A stretch of DNA of 64,000 bases, from assembly GCA_943350765.1 (NCBI GenBank), contig CALRAJ010000002.1, forward strand, positions 72,951 through 136,950, written 5' to 3'. Under the pieces are notes generated by a model that had not been told where the DNA came from, did not search any database, and was given only the letters and a program-made list of their open reading frames with translations. Positions 29,508-42,200 of the stretch are shown piece after piece. Source of the DNA: Candidatus Tayloriibacteriota bacterium (GTDB lineage Bacteria; Patescibacteriota; Minisyncoccia; Phycocordibacterales; PALSA-1337). Made by a program: the position numbers and the translations under genes. Position 1 is the first letter of the stretch. Every line of letters begins with the position of its first letter.

Positions 29508-30434
29508 ATGCCACAGAATTTAATTACTGAATCAGAATTATCCAAAATAGAGAGGGTGAAAGATATGATCCTAACCCCTACCCAGTATCTAAAAAGTTCT
29601 TTTGTGGAAGGCGAACAAAAAAAGTCACAGAGCGATCTTTGTGGACTATACACATATCATCTCAAAAACAAATCAAGACAGGAAATATACTATTTTGGTA
29701 GTCGGCATAGTAATGATCCTGCAGACCCGATGTTTACCGAGATTAAAAAAGCATTTGTTGCAGTGCGTCCAGACATTGTTCTTGTTGAGGGGTGTGAAGG
29801 CATTAATTTGAACAAGGCTAGTGTGATAGAAAAGGGTAAAAAAGAAGCAGACGTCACAAGCCTCATTTGTTGCGGTGGGGAATCACACTATACATTGAAA
29901 CTTGCTGTTGATGCTGGTGTTGATTTTGAATCACCCGAACCAGATTTGAAAGATGAAATTGCCTATCTTGAAGAGAAGGGTTTCGAAAGAGATGCGGTGT
30001 TTGCTTTTTATGTGTTTCGACAGCTAAACCAATACACCCGAGAAAAACCACAGCAGGATTCTACGAAGGCCCAGAAATCTATCTCTCAATATCTTGAGAC
30101 TTTGTTCTACGAACTTCAGTCAGCAACAAAGTGGGAAGGTTTTGAATATTCTGTTGAGCATGTTCAGAGGGTAGGTAGAACATTTTGGAAACATGAGCTC
30201 GACTTTATAGATCCCAAGGTACCCATTCAGTATGTTGACCCTATTCCGTGGCCAGATAGTCTGGATTCCTATACAAAAATAAACGAAGTAGCTGCTGTTT
30301 CAAGTATGTTTCGAGACAGGTATATAGTAGGACGAGTTGCGGAAAATCTAAAAGAGCACAAGAAAATATTTATAGTTTATGGTTCGGCACATGCAGTAGT
30401 AGAGGAGCCTGCGTTGCGCGAGATTATGAGATAA
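29508..30434 (+). CDS. Hypothetical protein, possible TraB/Tiki/EreA-like fold
   Basis: GSRH, VLVEG, RDRYI and terminal IVYGSAH pattern. Confidence 0.5.
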   Translation: MPQNLITESELSKIERVKDMILTPTQYLKSSFVEGEQKKSQSDLCGLYTYHLKNKSRQEIYYFGSRHSNDPADPMFTEIKKAFVAVRPDIVLVEGCEGINLNKASVIEKGKKEADVTSLICCGGESHYTLKLAVDAGVDFESPEPDLKDEIAYLEEKGFERDAVFAFYVFRQLNQYTREKPQQDSTKAQKSISQYLETLFYELQSATKWEGFEYSVEHVQRVGRTFWKHELDFIDPKVPIQYVDPIPWPDSLDSYTKINEVAAVSSMFRDRYIVGRVAENLKEHKKIFIVYGSAHAVVEEPALREIMR

Positions 30435-31508
30435 TACCACCCCCAGCTAACTAATCCGAACTATGCTATACTATAGGCATGTTAATACCATTAGAAGACA
30501 AGCATAGTTACCTTGAACTCAAGGCTTTGCTTGTAAAAAACAATGATGAGCTGATGAAAACTCGTATTAAAATACTATTATTAATTAAGCAGAGTTTTAG
30601 TCGAAAAGATATTAGTGAGAGATTATCAGTAAATATAGATACCGTTACTGATGTAGTCAAAAGATACAATAAAAATGGAATTGATAGTTTAAAAACTAAT
30701 AAAGGAGGTAGACCGGGAGGGAATCCTGTTTGGGACAGTAGAATATTTGAAGAATTAATTAAAGATATTGATAAACAGGATCAGTATTGGTCAATACCCA
30801 TAATGCAAGAATGGATACAGAAGCATTACAAAAAATCAATTCCAGAACAGACTGTGTGGTATCGAATGAATAAAATGAATAATTTTTCCTACAAATCTTC
30901 TAGACCACACCCGTATTTAGGGAACATAAAAAAGCAGGAGAATTTTAAAAAAAAGGGTTATCGAATATTATCAAAAACTCATTGATATATTTTACTGATG
31001 AAATGCGTTACGGACTCATGTCTAACTTTAGAAGAAGTTGGAGCAGGATAGGTACAAGATCAATACTTCCTCAAAAACAAGGTTATGAAAACAGCTATTT
31101 GTTCACAGCCATACAACCAACAACTGGTGAAAATTTTTCGTTACTTTCGTTTGATGAGATGTCCACAAATACAGAATTAATATTTTTAACAGAACTCAAG
31201 AAGTTACACCCAGACAAACAGGTTTATGTGGTTATGGATAACGCACCATGTCACAAACCAAAAGTCCTACATATTTTAGAAGGTCTTTCCATAATTTACT
31301 TGCCACCGTATTCGCCAGAATTAAATCCTGTTGAAAGATACTTTGAGGAAATGCGAAGAGCCACTGCAAATCAAATATTTACAACTCTAGAAGAATTAGA
31401 AACAAGACTAACTACCGTTATCAACTCTTGGTCAAATGAAATGGTTAAGAAATTAACCTGCTATGGTTGGATAAAAGAACAAGTCGGATTGGTTAGTTAG
31501 GGATGGTA
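30435..31508 (+). mobile_element. IS630-family insertion sequence
   Basis: Imperfect 23-bp TIRs (CCACCCCCAGCTAACTAATCCGA / CCATCCCTAACTAACCAATCCGA) each flanked by TA; two overlapping transposase ORFs. Confidence 0.92.
30479..31500 (+). CDS. IS630 transposase (HTH OrfA 30479-30985 plus DDE OrfB, joined by a -1 frameshift)
   Basis: TDEMRYG, MDNAPCH, LPPYSPELNPVE; slippery TTTAAAAAAAAG at ~30944-30955. Confidence 0.9.
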
Positions 31509-31533
31509 TAATTTGGTAAAATCAAGCTCTAAT

Positions 31534-31902
31534 CTAGGAAACAAGATCTCGTAGTGTCTGGGTAATATTTTTTCTGGTAGATTTCTTCTTTCTATTTTGA
31601 AATATTTTGTTTGCGATGATTGAAACGACCGCTGTCAGGATTGTCACGGCAATGGCGTAAATCAATTTTTGCATATCCGATTCTGTATTTGCAAAAAGTT
31701 TATTCACAACTGTCTTTAGAACTTGATCCCATGCCACAGCTGCAATCAAACCAAAAGCACCGATGACAAGTAGTGAAACTTTTTCAGTTAGATCTATATG
31801 TATTTTCTCTAATTCATACTGTTTGAGGAAGCCTTCGAGCTTATCAATTTTTACCTCTATTTTTCCTTTTGTAAATTCTTTTAAATTATCCAATTGTTCC
31901 AT
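31534..31902 (-). CDS. Two-TM membrane protein (DUF5654-like)
   Basis: AFGLIAAVAWDQ...YAIAVTIL. Confidence 0.7.
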   Translation of the reverse strand: MEQLDNLKEFTKGKIEVKIDKLEGFLKQYELEKIHIDLTEKVSLLVIGAFGLIAAVAWDQVLKTVVNKLFANTESDMQKLIYAIAVTILTAVVSIIANKIFQNRKKKSTRKNITQTLRDLVS

Positions 31903-32130
31903 GTTGGTTATTATAACATAAGTTTTTTTCAACCACTAAAAAATCGCCTTTAGGGGCGATTTTTTTAGTGGTTGTACTTCTATTTAATTTGTCCCAGCTT
32001 TTTTTTAATTTCTAATATCTACTGTCTGACTACTAATATCTCTCTAAAACATTTTGTACTCAAAATGTTCGGGCTAGCCCGGGAGTACCCATCGCCTTAG
32101 GGCGACCAAATTAGTAAATTTGGTTTAGCT

Positions 32131-33342
32131 CTACTTCTTCCCTCCCACAAAAGACAATGCCATTTTCTGCTCCTTTGGATCAAAGAGGGTAATCTTGAAG
32201 CTGTAGGTTTTGCCAAGCTCGAGCTGAGCTTTCATTTTCATTTCATTGCCAAACTCAGAAATATGTACCAGACCCGCAATACCCTCCTCAACACTGGCGA
32301 GAGCACCGTGTTTGTTGAATTTGATAATGACACCGTCTACCACACTGTCCTTTTTATACTTTGTCGCCGCCTCTACCCATGGGTTTTCCTGAAGTGCTTT
32401 GAGTGAAAGTGAGATTTTGTTTTCTTTGATCTCAATAATTTTCACCTGCACTTTTTCACCTACCTTAAAGAGTAGTCGAGGATCTTCTACTAATGACCAG
32501 TTGATCTCTGAAATATGCACAAGACCTTCGAGACCTTCCTCGAGTTTTACAAATACTCCGAAGTCCACCATACCGGTGACTGTACCAGACACTTCATCAC
32601 CTATTTTGTATTTACCAACAATCTTTTCCTTTTCTTTGTGTTCAGGACTTTTTTCAGAGAAGATGAGCTTGCCTTCTTTTGGAAGTGCAGAAATCATACA
32701 TACTGAGATTTTTTGACCCACCATTTTCTTTAGTTCCTCGAGGATTTTGTCCTTGTCTCCATCAGCTACCCGAGGATAGTGTTCTGTCTTGAGCTGGGAA
32801 GCTGGTAGGAATCCGACGATGCCTTGCCATGAGATAATGAGGCCTCCTTTGTTTGCCTCCTGTACAGGAAGTTCGAGGGCGGTTTTGTTTTTGATTAGCT
32901 CCTCTGCCTCACTCCAGATAAGTGCTTGGCGAGCCTCCTTTAGAGACAGCTCAATGTAACCTTCTTTGTTGTCAGTATCTACGACTTTGGCACTCACTTT
33001 GTCGCCAATATTCATCTTTTTGACTACATCTCGAGCGCTGATGTATTCACGGCCATAAATAATACCAGTACCATAAGGTGCTAGGTCAATATACACACCA
33101 GACTTTTCAATAGCGATGACGGGACCCTCGACAATATCACCCACACCTGGTGGGGTAACACTATCACTCACGATTTTTGACATAACAGTGTCCTTTTTTA
33201 GACGAAGCTCTTTTTCGGCTTCTGTATTGTCGTCAGACAAAGCTTTATTTGCCGATGCTTTTTTTGGCGCAACGACAGTTTCTAATTCTTCTGCTTTTGC
33301 CCCTGTAATATCCGCAAACTTCTCTTTTAATTTTTTTAACAT
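32131..33342 (-). CDS. rpsA: 30S ribosomal protein S1 (about 4 S1 domains)
   Basis: Repeated S1 motifs FGVFV..EGLVHISE, GFLPASQL. Confidence 0.92.
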   Translation of the reverse strand: MLKKLKEKFADITGAKAEELETVVAPKKASANKALSDDNTEAEKELRLKKDTVMSKIVSDSVTPPGVGDIVEGPVIAIEKSGVYIDLAPYGTGIIYGREYISARDVVKKMNIGDKVSAKVVDTDNKEGYIELSLKEARQALIWSEAEELIKNKTALELPVQEANKGGLIISWQGIVGFLPASQLKTEHYPRVADGDKDKILEELKKMVGQKISVCMISALPKEGKLIFSEKSPEHKEKEKIVGKYKIGDEVSGTVTGMVDFGVFVKLEEGLEGLVHISEINWSLVEDPRLLFKVGEKVQVKIIEIKENKISLSLKALQENPWVEAATKYKKDSVVDGVIIKFNKHGALASVEEGIAGLVHISEFGNEMKMKAQLELGKTYSFKITLFDPKEQKMALSFVGGKK

Positions 33343-33372
33343 ATTTTTATGGTAGATGCTCCGCTTTTTATA

Positions 33373-33496
33373 TAAAATGTGTCGGTTGGATGCCCTTCGA
33401 GGCGCGAGCGAGGCTTGCGACCAAAATGTATAAGTATACATTGCGGGAACAAACGAGCGAAGCAACAAAGAAGGGCGCCGACCTACATATTTTATT
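33373..33496. repeat. Inverted-repeat (MITE-like) element upstream of rpsA
   Basis: TAAAATGTGTCGG...GCCCTTC / GAAGGGC...CCGACCTACATATTTTA nested stems, central AATGTATAAGTATACATT hairpin. Confidence 0.55.
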
Positions 33497-33697
33497 TCTA
33501 ATAATCAAATGTGCGGGGTTACATCTACCTATTATTAATAGGTGCTGGGAGTATATATGAAAAGTGGGGAAATGTCTATTTTTCGTTTTTATATAAAAAA
33601 GATTGGTTTTCTGGGGAGTTTTGCTATTTTAAACATAAATAAAAAATTGCATAGTACGGAAGGGTGTCCATCTATGCAATATTGCCGAGTGATATTA

Positions 33698-33961
33698 TTA
33701 TCTGAGGTACCAAGGCACCTCCACCTTTACTTCTCGTCGGATTTCTGCCAACTCCAAGCGAGAATTCATAGGACTATCTGTCGCTGGTGCAAAGTTGCCA
33801 TTTCTGCCGACAGCATAGAGTTTACAATTCTTCCAATAGCATGGAACCTTGAGGAGTTTCTCCATCGAGCGTCGAATGGCTTTGCGAGCGGAACGACGCT
33901 TTGAAACTGCGGTCTTGGTGTGATTGTGTCGGCGACTTTGCCGTTTGGATCCAGTTGTCAT
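33698..33961 (-). CDS. Small Arg/Lys-rich orphan protein
   Basis: AGGAG SD, TTGATT-16-TATAAT promoter, downstream terminator at ~33643-33683; GC-rich. Confidence 0.65.
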   Translation of the reverse strand: MTTGSKRQSRRHNHTKTAVSKRRSARKAIRRSMEKLLKVPCYWKNCKLYAVGRNGNFAPATDSPMNSRLELAEIRREVKVEVPWYLR

Positions 33962-34275
33962 AGGGTCAGTCTCCTGATTGGGGGTGATTCATTTTATCCT
34001 TTCTATTCTCTGGAGAGGATTATACACAAATTTCGGTGTAAATCAATACTGATGATATGCTAGTTGTAGTCTCTAAGTTTATATTTGAACGGCTCAAGGA
34101 GCGGAGGCGACGAAGATAACGAATCTTGCTAGATTCGTTATAAGGCTTTTGAAGCCTGTTGAGCCGTTCAAATGGCTTGTTTGAGGCTCCGTACAGAATA
34201 TACTAAAGGTGTATTTTAGACCAAAAACCCTTCAAAGGCTCAACCAGCATGGTTGAGCCTTTGAAGGGTCTAGAC

Positions 34276-34968
34276 TTACTTTTTTAGGTATGCCAGCCAA
34301 AAATTGCGTTTGTAGCTCTGATTATTAAAACGAGTGTACTGAGTACTTTTTTCGAGTGATAGGATAGTAAAAAATGGCGAATAGGTGGCAATAAAATCCT
34401 CTCGGCTAAACACTCGTTCAAAGAGGTCTAGCTCGGGCATGTAGTAGGTCTCAGGCTCTGGTCCCGGACTTTGTTTGAGTAGATTTTTGGCATTTTCATC
34501 ACCGTCCTTGCAGAGGGCGCGGACAAAAAAGTGTCCGTGAGTGGCAAGTACTCGATGACATTCTTTTAGATATACACCTCGCTCGCTTTTGTCAAGGGAG
34601 TTGGAGGAGGTAATATCGAGAAGTAGGTCAAATGACTGATCAGTAAAAGGGTAGAGTGTGCCGATGGAGTGTTTGAGGAAAGTGGGGGAGGAGGCTGTGG
34701 GGAGCCCGAGCTCGCGTACGCGAGCTCGGGCTTTTGCTATCGCTGTATCAGCAATCTCCATTCCAGTCACTATTGCACCATGTTCTGCTAAATAGATGCT
34801 GTTTTTGCCCCCACCTGAGCCAAGGTCGAGTACACGAAGATTGTCGAGGTTTACCTTTGCCACTTTTCTCAGAAATCTCACAAAATCTCGTACGCATGTT
34901 TGTGGCTCATCACCACCAGTGACGAGTTTTGGTTTACGATATTCTTTTTCCCATGCGTGTTCTTGCAT
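34276..34968 (-). CDS. Class I SAM-dependent methyltransferase
   Basis: VLDLGSGGG motif I. Confidence 0.88.
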   Translation of the reverse strand: MQEHAWEKEYRKPKLVTGGDEPQTCVRDFVRFLRKVAKVNLDNLRVLDLGSGGGKNSIYLAEHGAIVTGMEIADTAIAKARARVRELGLPTASSPTFLKHSIGTLYPFTDQSFDLLLDITSSNSLDKSERGVYLKECHRVLATHGHFFVRALCKDGDENAKNLLKQSPGPEPETYYMPELDLFERVFSREDFIATYSPFFTILSLEKSTQYTRFNNQSYKRNFWLAYLKK

Positions 34969-35020
34969 TTTTTTGGTGAAATGATTTTAAGATTTATGAT
35001 ACTCGAATATTAAAGCTACC

Positions 35021-35166
35021 TACCCAAAATTACAAAATACCGTCGCAAGCGTATCTTTTAAATAGACTTCGGAGGCGGGTAGCTGAGACTTGAGAGATTT
35101 CTTACCAAAGAAATACTCGTGCTATTTAAAAGATATGCTAAGAAAGGTGTTTTATAATTTGGGGTA
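35021..35166. mobile_element. Family B MITE-like element, copy 3 (reverse orientation)
   Basis: Reverse complement of the shared core; TACCC...GGGGTA ends. Confidence 0.88.
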
Positions 35167-35214
35167 CCCAAGTCTCTATTGTCTACTATCTGTTCCTAAG
35201 CTATACTACGATAT

Positions 35215-35850
35215 ATGATTATAACACATCACGGAGGTGAGTTTTTTAAAGTTCAGTTTGGTGATATTACTCTAGCACTCAATCCTGTCTCAAAGGATTC
35301 AAAATTAAAGCCAAGTCGTTTTGGTGCGGATATTTCGCTTGTAACCGCCAATCACCCAGATTTTAACGGTGCTGATCAGGTAGCTCATGGAGAAAAAGAG
35401 CCATTTGTGATATCTGGTCCAGGTGAATACGAGACCAAAGGAGTTTTTATCAAGGGTTTTCTTTCTTCGACTGAATACGGTGGTGGTAAAAAGGTAAACA
35501 CGATTTATTCTGTGGCGTTGGAGAGTATGAATCTATGTTTTTTGGGTGCCATTTCATCAAAGGATTTGAAAAGTGAGACAAAAGAGGCACTCGATGAGAT
35601 TGATGTGCTTTTTGTGCCTATAGGTGGGGCTGGGGTGCTTTCTCCAGCCGATGCCTACAAGCTCGCTGTGTCATTAGAGCCAAAGCTTATCATTCCGATG
35701 CATTACGAGGGTGTGGGAGAAAAGGATTCGCTCAAGATATTTCTCAAGGAAGCGGGTGAGAACCCAACACCTATGGAAAAGCTAACACTAAAGAAAAAAG
35801 ACCTAGAAGGAAAGGAAGGAGATGTGGTAGTATTAAGCTCAGTAGTTTAA
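35215..35850 (+). CDS. Metallo-beta-lactamase-fold protein (degenerate metal motif)
   Basis: ISGPGEYE, IDVLFVPIGG, IIPMHY. Confidence 0.82.
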   Translation: MIITHHGGEFFKVQFGDITLALNPVSKDSKLKPSRFGADISLVTANHPDFNGADQVAHGEKEPFVISGPGEYETKGVFIKGFLSSTEYGGGKKVNTIYSVALESMNLCFLGAISSKDLKSETKEALDEIDVLFVPIGGAGVLSPADAYKLAVSLEPKLIIPMHYEGVGEKDSLKIFLKEAGENPTPMEKLTLKKKDLEGKEGDVVVLSSVV

Positions 35851-35866
35851 AATTGCTTTTATTTTA

Positions 35867-36130
35867 ATGCTTCATAAACTTCGCCAAAAAACAGAATATC
35901 AAAAGAGGAAGATTGCACTGACCGTGTCTATTTTGCTGACCGGACTTATGTTTATTGTTTGGCTTTCCACCACAATACATTCTTTTTCTGCCTTAAACTC
36001 TGATAATGAAGGTGGGGAGATAAGTAAAAGTGCAGATAGTCCTTTTACTTTGGTAAAAGATAGTGTGGCCACGGTTTACGAAAGCATGAAGAAAAATGTA
36101 GGACAGCTCAATAATCAGGTTTCGGAGTAG
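35867..36130 (+). CDS. Single-TM hypothetical protein
   Basis: Basic N-terminus followed by a TM helix. Confidence 0.65.
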   Translation: MLHKLRQKTEYQKRKIALTVSILLTGLMFIVWLSTTIHSFSALNSDNEGGEISKSADSPFTLVKDSVATVYESMKKNVGQLNNQVSE

Positions 36131-36170
36131 TGGGGTGGGGGTGATTATTGATGATTGTAATTTTTAAACT

Positions 36171-36198
36171 CCCAGATTTTTGAGTACAAAAATCTGGG
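36171..36198. repeat. Family D short hairpin repeat
   Basis: CCCAGATTTTTG-AGTA-CAAAAATCTGGG; relatives at ~26611, 32046, 43503, 48917. Confidence 0.7.
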
Positions 36199-36254
36199 AG
36201 TTATCCACAGGACTACTGTGGAAGTACTATACGAATTTAATGTATACTAATGAT

Positions 36255-39200
36255 ATGCATTCTGTAAAAAAGTCATTACTCTCTTTATTTTTTCTTCTTA
36301 ATTTATTTCTAATACCCACCTCTTCTGTCCATGCTGAAGATTTCCTCTTTAATTTCGATAGAGGTTTACTAGATGGTGTGGGTGGTCGAGTAAAGGCTAG
36401 TAACAATGGAGATCTTACTTACTATACAGGTTCGCCATTACCGACTATAAGCTCGTCAGAGCACAAATTTGGTACGGGAAGTCTTTTCTATGACCCAGCT
36501 GGTGGAAATAAACATTCTCTCATATATGGTCTTGTTTCAAGCAAAGAAATATCACTCGATGGCGAATATACGATAGATTTTTGGGTGAAGCCTGTTGAGC
36601 CGTATGCAATAAATGGACAATACACTTTTTTTGTAATAGCAAACTCTAATCATAGTAATCTTGCGATGATGATGGAGTTTCCCTGGAGTGGTGGAGGTGC
36701 ATCCCCAGATTCAAAAGGTTTGATAGGAGACTATGCTTATACAAATTCTCAGCCATTTTTTACACAGCGTGAGGAGAATACACCAACAAATACAACTAAT
36801 CTTTATAGATCAAACTCTTCTCCAAAATTTCATCACCCTTTTAATGGTCCCTGGAATGGTAACGGTGCATCACAATTTAGACAAAAGGCAAATGGAGTAC
36901 CACACAAAGATACCGCGGGTCCTATTGTCGGACAATGGAATCATATAGCAGTTCAAAAGAAACTAGTCAGTAACCAGCCATGGATAAATGTGGCGATAAA
37001 TGGCCAGATGGGTAAATGGATTCCATATTTTGCCTATCCAACATCAGGAATAAAATATAGCGAAATAGTTTTCGGGGAGTGGCACAACAATACACCACCA
37101 TTTTATGGCTATATCGATAATTTCCGTATTACCGAGGGTACAGCTCGTTGGCGAGATATACCAGACAACGGTACATTTACCTTACCTACTTCCCAAGACT
37201 ATTCAGGTGTTACTATTTCAGATAGTGATAAAAATAAAGAAGTACAGCTAGGTGCCGAGGATTTTGTCTCAAACACCACCTCACTGGATAACAATACATA
37301 CCCAGCTGATGGAGTCTATACTAGCTGTCCTACTGTTGTCGGAAGTGGTCGAGATTCTGTCAGAGAGGAATATGTTCAAAAAATAGATGGTAATCCAAAG
37401 TTTACCAGCTATTTTGACACAAATCACAAACTCATCTGTACTTTATACTGGGCAGGCACTTCTACTACGACGGGTAGTAAGGTAACCAAAAGATTTGAAT
37501 ACGACACAAATGGTCAAATAGCAAGAGAAATATATTATGGGATCAGTGGTGAAAGTAGCGACATCACAGATATTATTGCCTACTACCCAAAACCTTCAGG
37601 GGGTACTCGTTACAAAGAAATCCAAAATCGAAATGGTACCGAATACTACAAGCGATATACAACAGACGGTAAACTTCTTTATGAACACGAGTATAAAAAC
37701 GGTACTTATATAGTTTCTAGGAATTATACATACAATGGCTTAGGAAAACTGCTGAGCAAGCTAGAATACTACAACGCTAGTAAGTATGAAAAAGTCTTGT
37801 ATACTCGAGATGGAACAGGTACCATAACCCGAGTAGATAGTTACAGAGCATATACACCAGAAGGTACCGATATCGCCAATTATGTTCACACAGCCACTAC
37901 TTATGTCGGGACACATGTTGCAAGTATCACAAACACCTTTTTTAATAAAAACACTCAATCTCCGACCGCTCTGCGTAGAGAGGTGACCCGATATGTTACG
38001 GCAGGTCCAACACTCGGTACAGTCATTGACCAACGAACATTTGATTATAATGCTTCAGACCCAAATCTCAATAAACAAAGATTCACCACTTTCATCGGAA
38101 CAGATGGTAATACACTAGGTAAAACAAAAACAGATGAGGAGTGGGTAGGGACAAATTATGCCACCTCGTCTTTTTCGTACGATATAAACACAGGAGACCT
38201 TACATCATGGAAAAGGACAGATGATGATGGTACCAAAATTACTAAACAAACTGCATATAATGTAAAAAATGGACTTATAAAACAGGAAGAGTCGGCTACC
38301 TATAGGAATAACCTATCTTTAGAAAAAATAATTCGCAAGGACTATAATGATGAGGGTGAGCTGATTGAAGTGTATGTGGATGATTTTCATGAGAGTAAAG
38401 GTTTCTCTTATCGTTATACAAAAAGCACTAAAGACGGTCTACCTGTTTCTTTGGTTAGACTAAACGAGTCAAATGGCAGAGTTATTTCTGAAGAACAGTA
38501 TTATCAAAATGGTGATATTTGGTACAAGACAGATTATACTGATTCTGGTTCAAATTATACTGCTACTGGATATTATGTAAATAAGGCAAATGATTTTATT
38601 TTAGATCAGACAAAAACACTTAAGCCAAATTTCGAGTTTATTAGTCAAGGCAGTAGTGATCCTCTCGCAAGACAAAAACTCGGTGCCAGAATCATTGCAG
38701 ATTTTACGGATAGCACCTTGCGTTTACAGGCTCAGGGTAGCAACGAAAAAGTCGCAATACTTGCAGTATTAAAAGCTATTCTACCAAGATACAAAATCGC
38801 CTTGAACGCAGTTTCTGTGAGTGATCCTTTAAGCGAGCAAAAAAGATTTGCGATATATTCAGCTTATTCAGATAAAATAAGATTTGCTATATATGATATT
38901 GAGTACCGAAAGTATAGTGGACAAGGTAAACATTTGGATACTGATATTGCCCTGGGTACGACTGTTACGAGCTGGTATGGTTTGGATGAAAGTAATAATA
39001 AGTTTTGGGGCATATATACAAAACCTGGTGCTACAGACGGTAAAATAAATGCGGATACTGCATATGTTGATATGGATATTATGAACCCAGATTTAGTGGA
39101 TCGGACTATAAATGCAAGTACTTATGACACTCTAGCTAATGCTGTAAAGAAAAAAGAAAAATGGGACTCGATACTTTCTAATACAGGGGCTCTATATCTA

Positions 39201-42200
39201 AATGGGGATTTCTTACTCTATAATATATCTGGTGGCAGTGGAAGGTATGTTACCCTCAATAATCTGACAAAAGAAAGTCCTATTGTAAATCTCACACTCG
39301 ATAGATTTGAGGAGGACATGGAGGTATTGGGAGTCAATCTATCTGCTTTGGGTGAGACAGCTCTAATAAACAAAATGTATGAGTATTTCTATGCAAAAAA
39401 TTATTTCGGTTATTTGTATGACCTGTCTCAGACTGCCCAGACGATAGAGCAGACTTTGACACGAGGTGGTGGTGACTGTGAAGACTTTGCTATTTTTATG
39501 ATAAGCCTTTTGAGAAATGAGTTTACTCGAAGAGGAATAACTTCTACAACCTTTGGTATGATGATAGGAAATGTTGATTCTCGTAGCCAAGCATTTGCCA
39601 ATAGTCAGGGTGTTGGTCACGCATCTATAGGTGTGAAAATAGACTCTAGCTATTATTATCTAGACGCTAGCTTCCTCTTTTTGGGTGCAGGTGCAGACCC
39701 TACACGCAGAGCTCCTATGGGACTAAATTCATTGTCTAGCAGTGGAGAAACATTTGCTGGGCCGATAGGTAGTGGTAACGGTGGCTGGTATGTAAAAGTT
39801 GCACATTTCTTTCCGACAAACGGAGCGAAAGTAGATTTCTATAATCGAGTCGGAGATCAATTTTACGATACAGCTAATATTGCAAATACTCCTATCTCTG
39901 TAGATACTGCGGTTACCAGAGTTTCAAATATCTCAACATATATAGAGCCATACAACCCGCTTGTTATTACCCTTGCATCATCTACGGTCAAGACTATTCC
40001 AGATTTTAAGAATAAAAATACGAGTTTTGTGGTGGGTAGTGTGCATAGCTTTTTTGCGGGACTTGCTCAATATGCACCGGAGACTGGTGGTGCTGATGTG
40101 TGGCGTGGAGTAGGACAAACCCTGCCAAATGTTATTAATTCAGATGGTACCGTCAGACTAGGGGCAAATATCTCTGGTGATTGTGAGGATCTCGCTTTTG
40201 CTGAGGCAAGTCTATTGGAGAATGTTCTTTTACGGCACTATCTTGCACGAGGTGAGCTACCAGTAAATGCTGTCGCCAAAGCAAAGAAAAATGTGATTAT
40301 TATTGCTGAGAAAAATTATAAAGGAATTGAGGGTAGACAGTCACATCTCTATGTGGGTTATTTGATTCCAAAAACATCTGCTACTCCAGCGACCGTGCGA
40401 CTAATAGACCCTCAGGATAAAAGCATTGGCGAACCACAACCACTCTCTGACTTTTTTAATGATAAGTATCTATTTTATGCTGATATAGAAAATGTGACAG
40501 CTATCACACCATACGACTGGAGTATGCTCAGTCTATCATCTGCTGTATCAGCCTCTTTGACACCTTCGGTTTCAGTAAATCCAGAGTCTGTGGCACCTGA
40601 TGCGTGGGTGGATACAAATAATCTTACTTTGACTACGGCTCAGATAGAAACTATTGCCGCAGCAGAAAGAGCCGCTCAGCCGACGACATCAGTCATTGGA
40701 AGAATTGGTAATTTTCTCCTAAAAGTTACGGGTATTAAAGATCTCATCAATTCTACGAGTGTTGGTGATTTTCTAACAAAGCTTGCCATAAAAGCCGGTC
40801 TGAGTTTAGCACCTACTCCTGTGTCTGTTGCGTCTACTGGTATTTCTCTTATAAACGGACTTTCTGAAATAATATCGGGAGAGCCATTGGTGGTAACACC
40901 AGGACAAATAGGATATTCACTGGTTAATGATATGGGTCAGTTTGTAAATGACTTTGGAGCTGCTATCGATAGTATAACCATTGGAGCTGAGTCCGGTGGT
41001 CAGATTTCATTTGAGGCCGCATCAGCCCAGAGTGCTTTCTCTGCTGGTAGTATACTTCCTGTACCAGAAGGTGGAGTAGATAGCTTTGCGGCAGCATCAT
41101 CTATTGAAGCTGGAATGGTATTTGTCAGAAATGAAAGCGTAACCCTGTCAGGTGGTCCAGGAGAAAACCGATCCTATGATCTGAGGGGGTATGATGCTAG
41201 TACCAATACTATCACTATCACCACTGTTGAGGTGGTCGGTGGTCCAGCTCTATCATTTAATTTTTCTACACCAGTAATCTCTAGACCACCACCAAGACCA
41301 GTGTCATGTCCTGCAGGTATACCACTTTGCTCATCTGTAAATACAGGTATCATCCCACCACTAAATGCTAGTTTCTCTGGCGCTATGGCGACATGCTATG
41401 TAGATGGTCAGGCACCTTCATGTAATACTCGCCAGTACAACACAGGGTGGATATGTAATGCTCCAGACTATGTGTCAAACGGCACTCCAGCAACAGGCTG
41501 TACCTGTATTAATATAAATGCAACAAATAGAGGTAGTGTGGGAACTTGTGAGTACGGTGCGACCATTTCATGTTCAGGAGGTACTCTGCCGTCTCAACCT
41601 ACAGCAACAAATCCAACAGGTGGTGTAGGTAATGTGGGGGTCTCATCATTCCCTGCACCTGTTGGAACACCTTCAGGCACGATTCTTTGGGGTTATGATG
41701 CAACTGCAATAGCGGGTAATACATCTTGTAAGTGGTCATGTGCTAGTGTGTATACTTATAATACAGATACAAAGCAGTGTGATTCTAACACTCGATATTC
41801 TTGTACTGAAATACCTGCAACCGATAATAATACCCAAAATTGTTCAAATACTAGTGTGAGAAATACAGTAAGCAGTAATGCCCATAGTGCATTTGTTGCA
41901 CTATGTACCGTGTCGCCTAGTACTGATGCACAAAAATGTGAATACAAGTGTGCGAGTGGTTTTATTAGAGGTACTAATACTTGTATTGTTGATCCATCTA
42001 GTACCTGTCCAATAGCAGGTCAGGTGTATAGGTTAGATACTTTAGGTGGAGGAAGTCGCATTTGTTGTAACCTCACACAGATTAATGTCGGAGGTACTTG
42101 TCTGAATAATACGACAGTGATTTCAGATGTAAATCTATTTGCTCATAAAAACACTGGAGGTACTACATATGAATCTCCTGGACACGACGATAAGATTACT

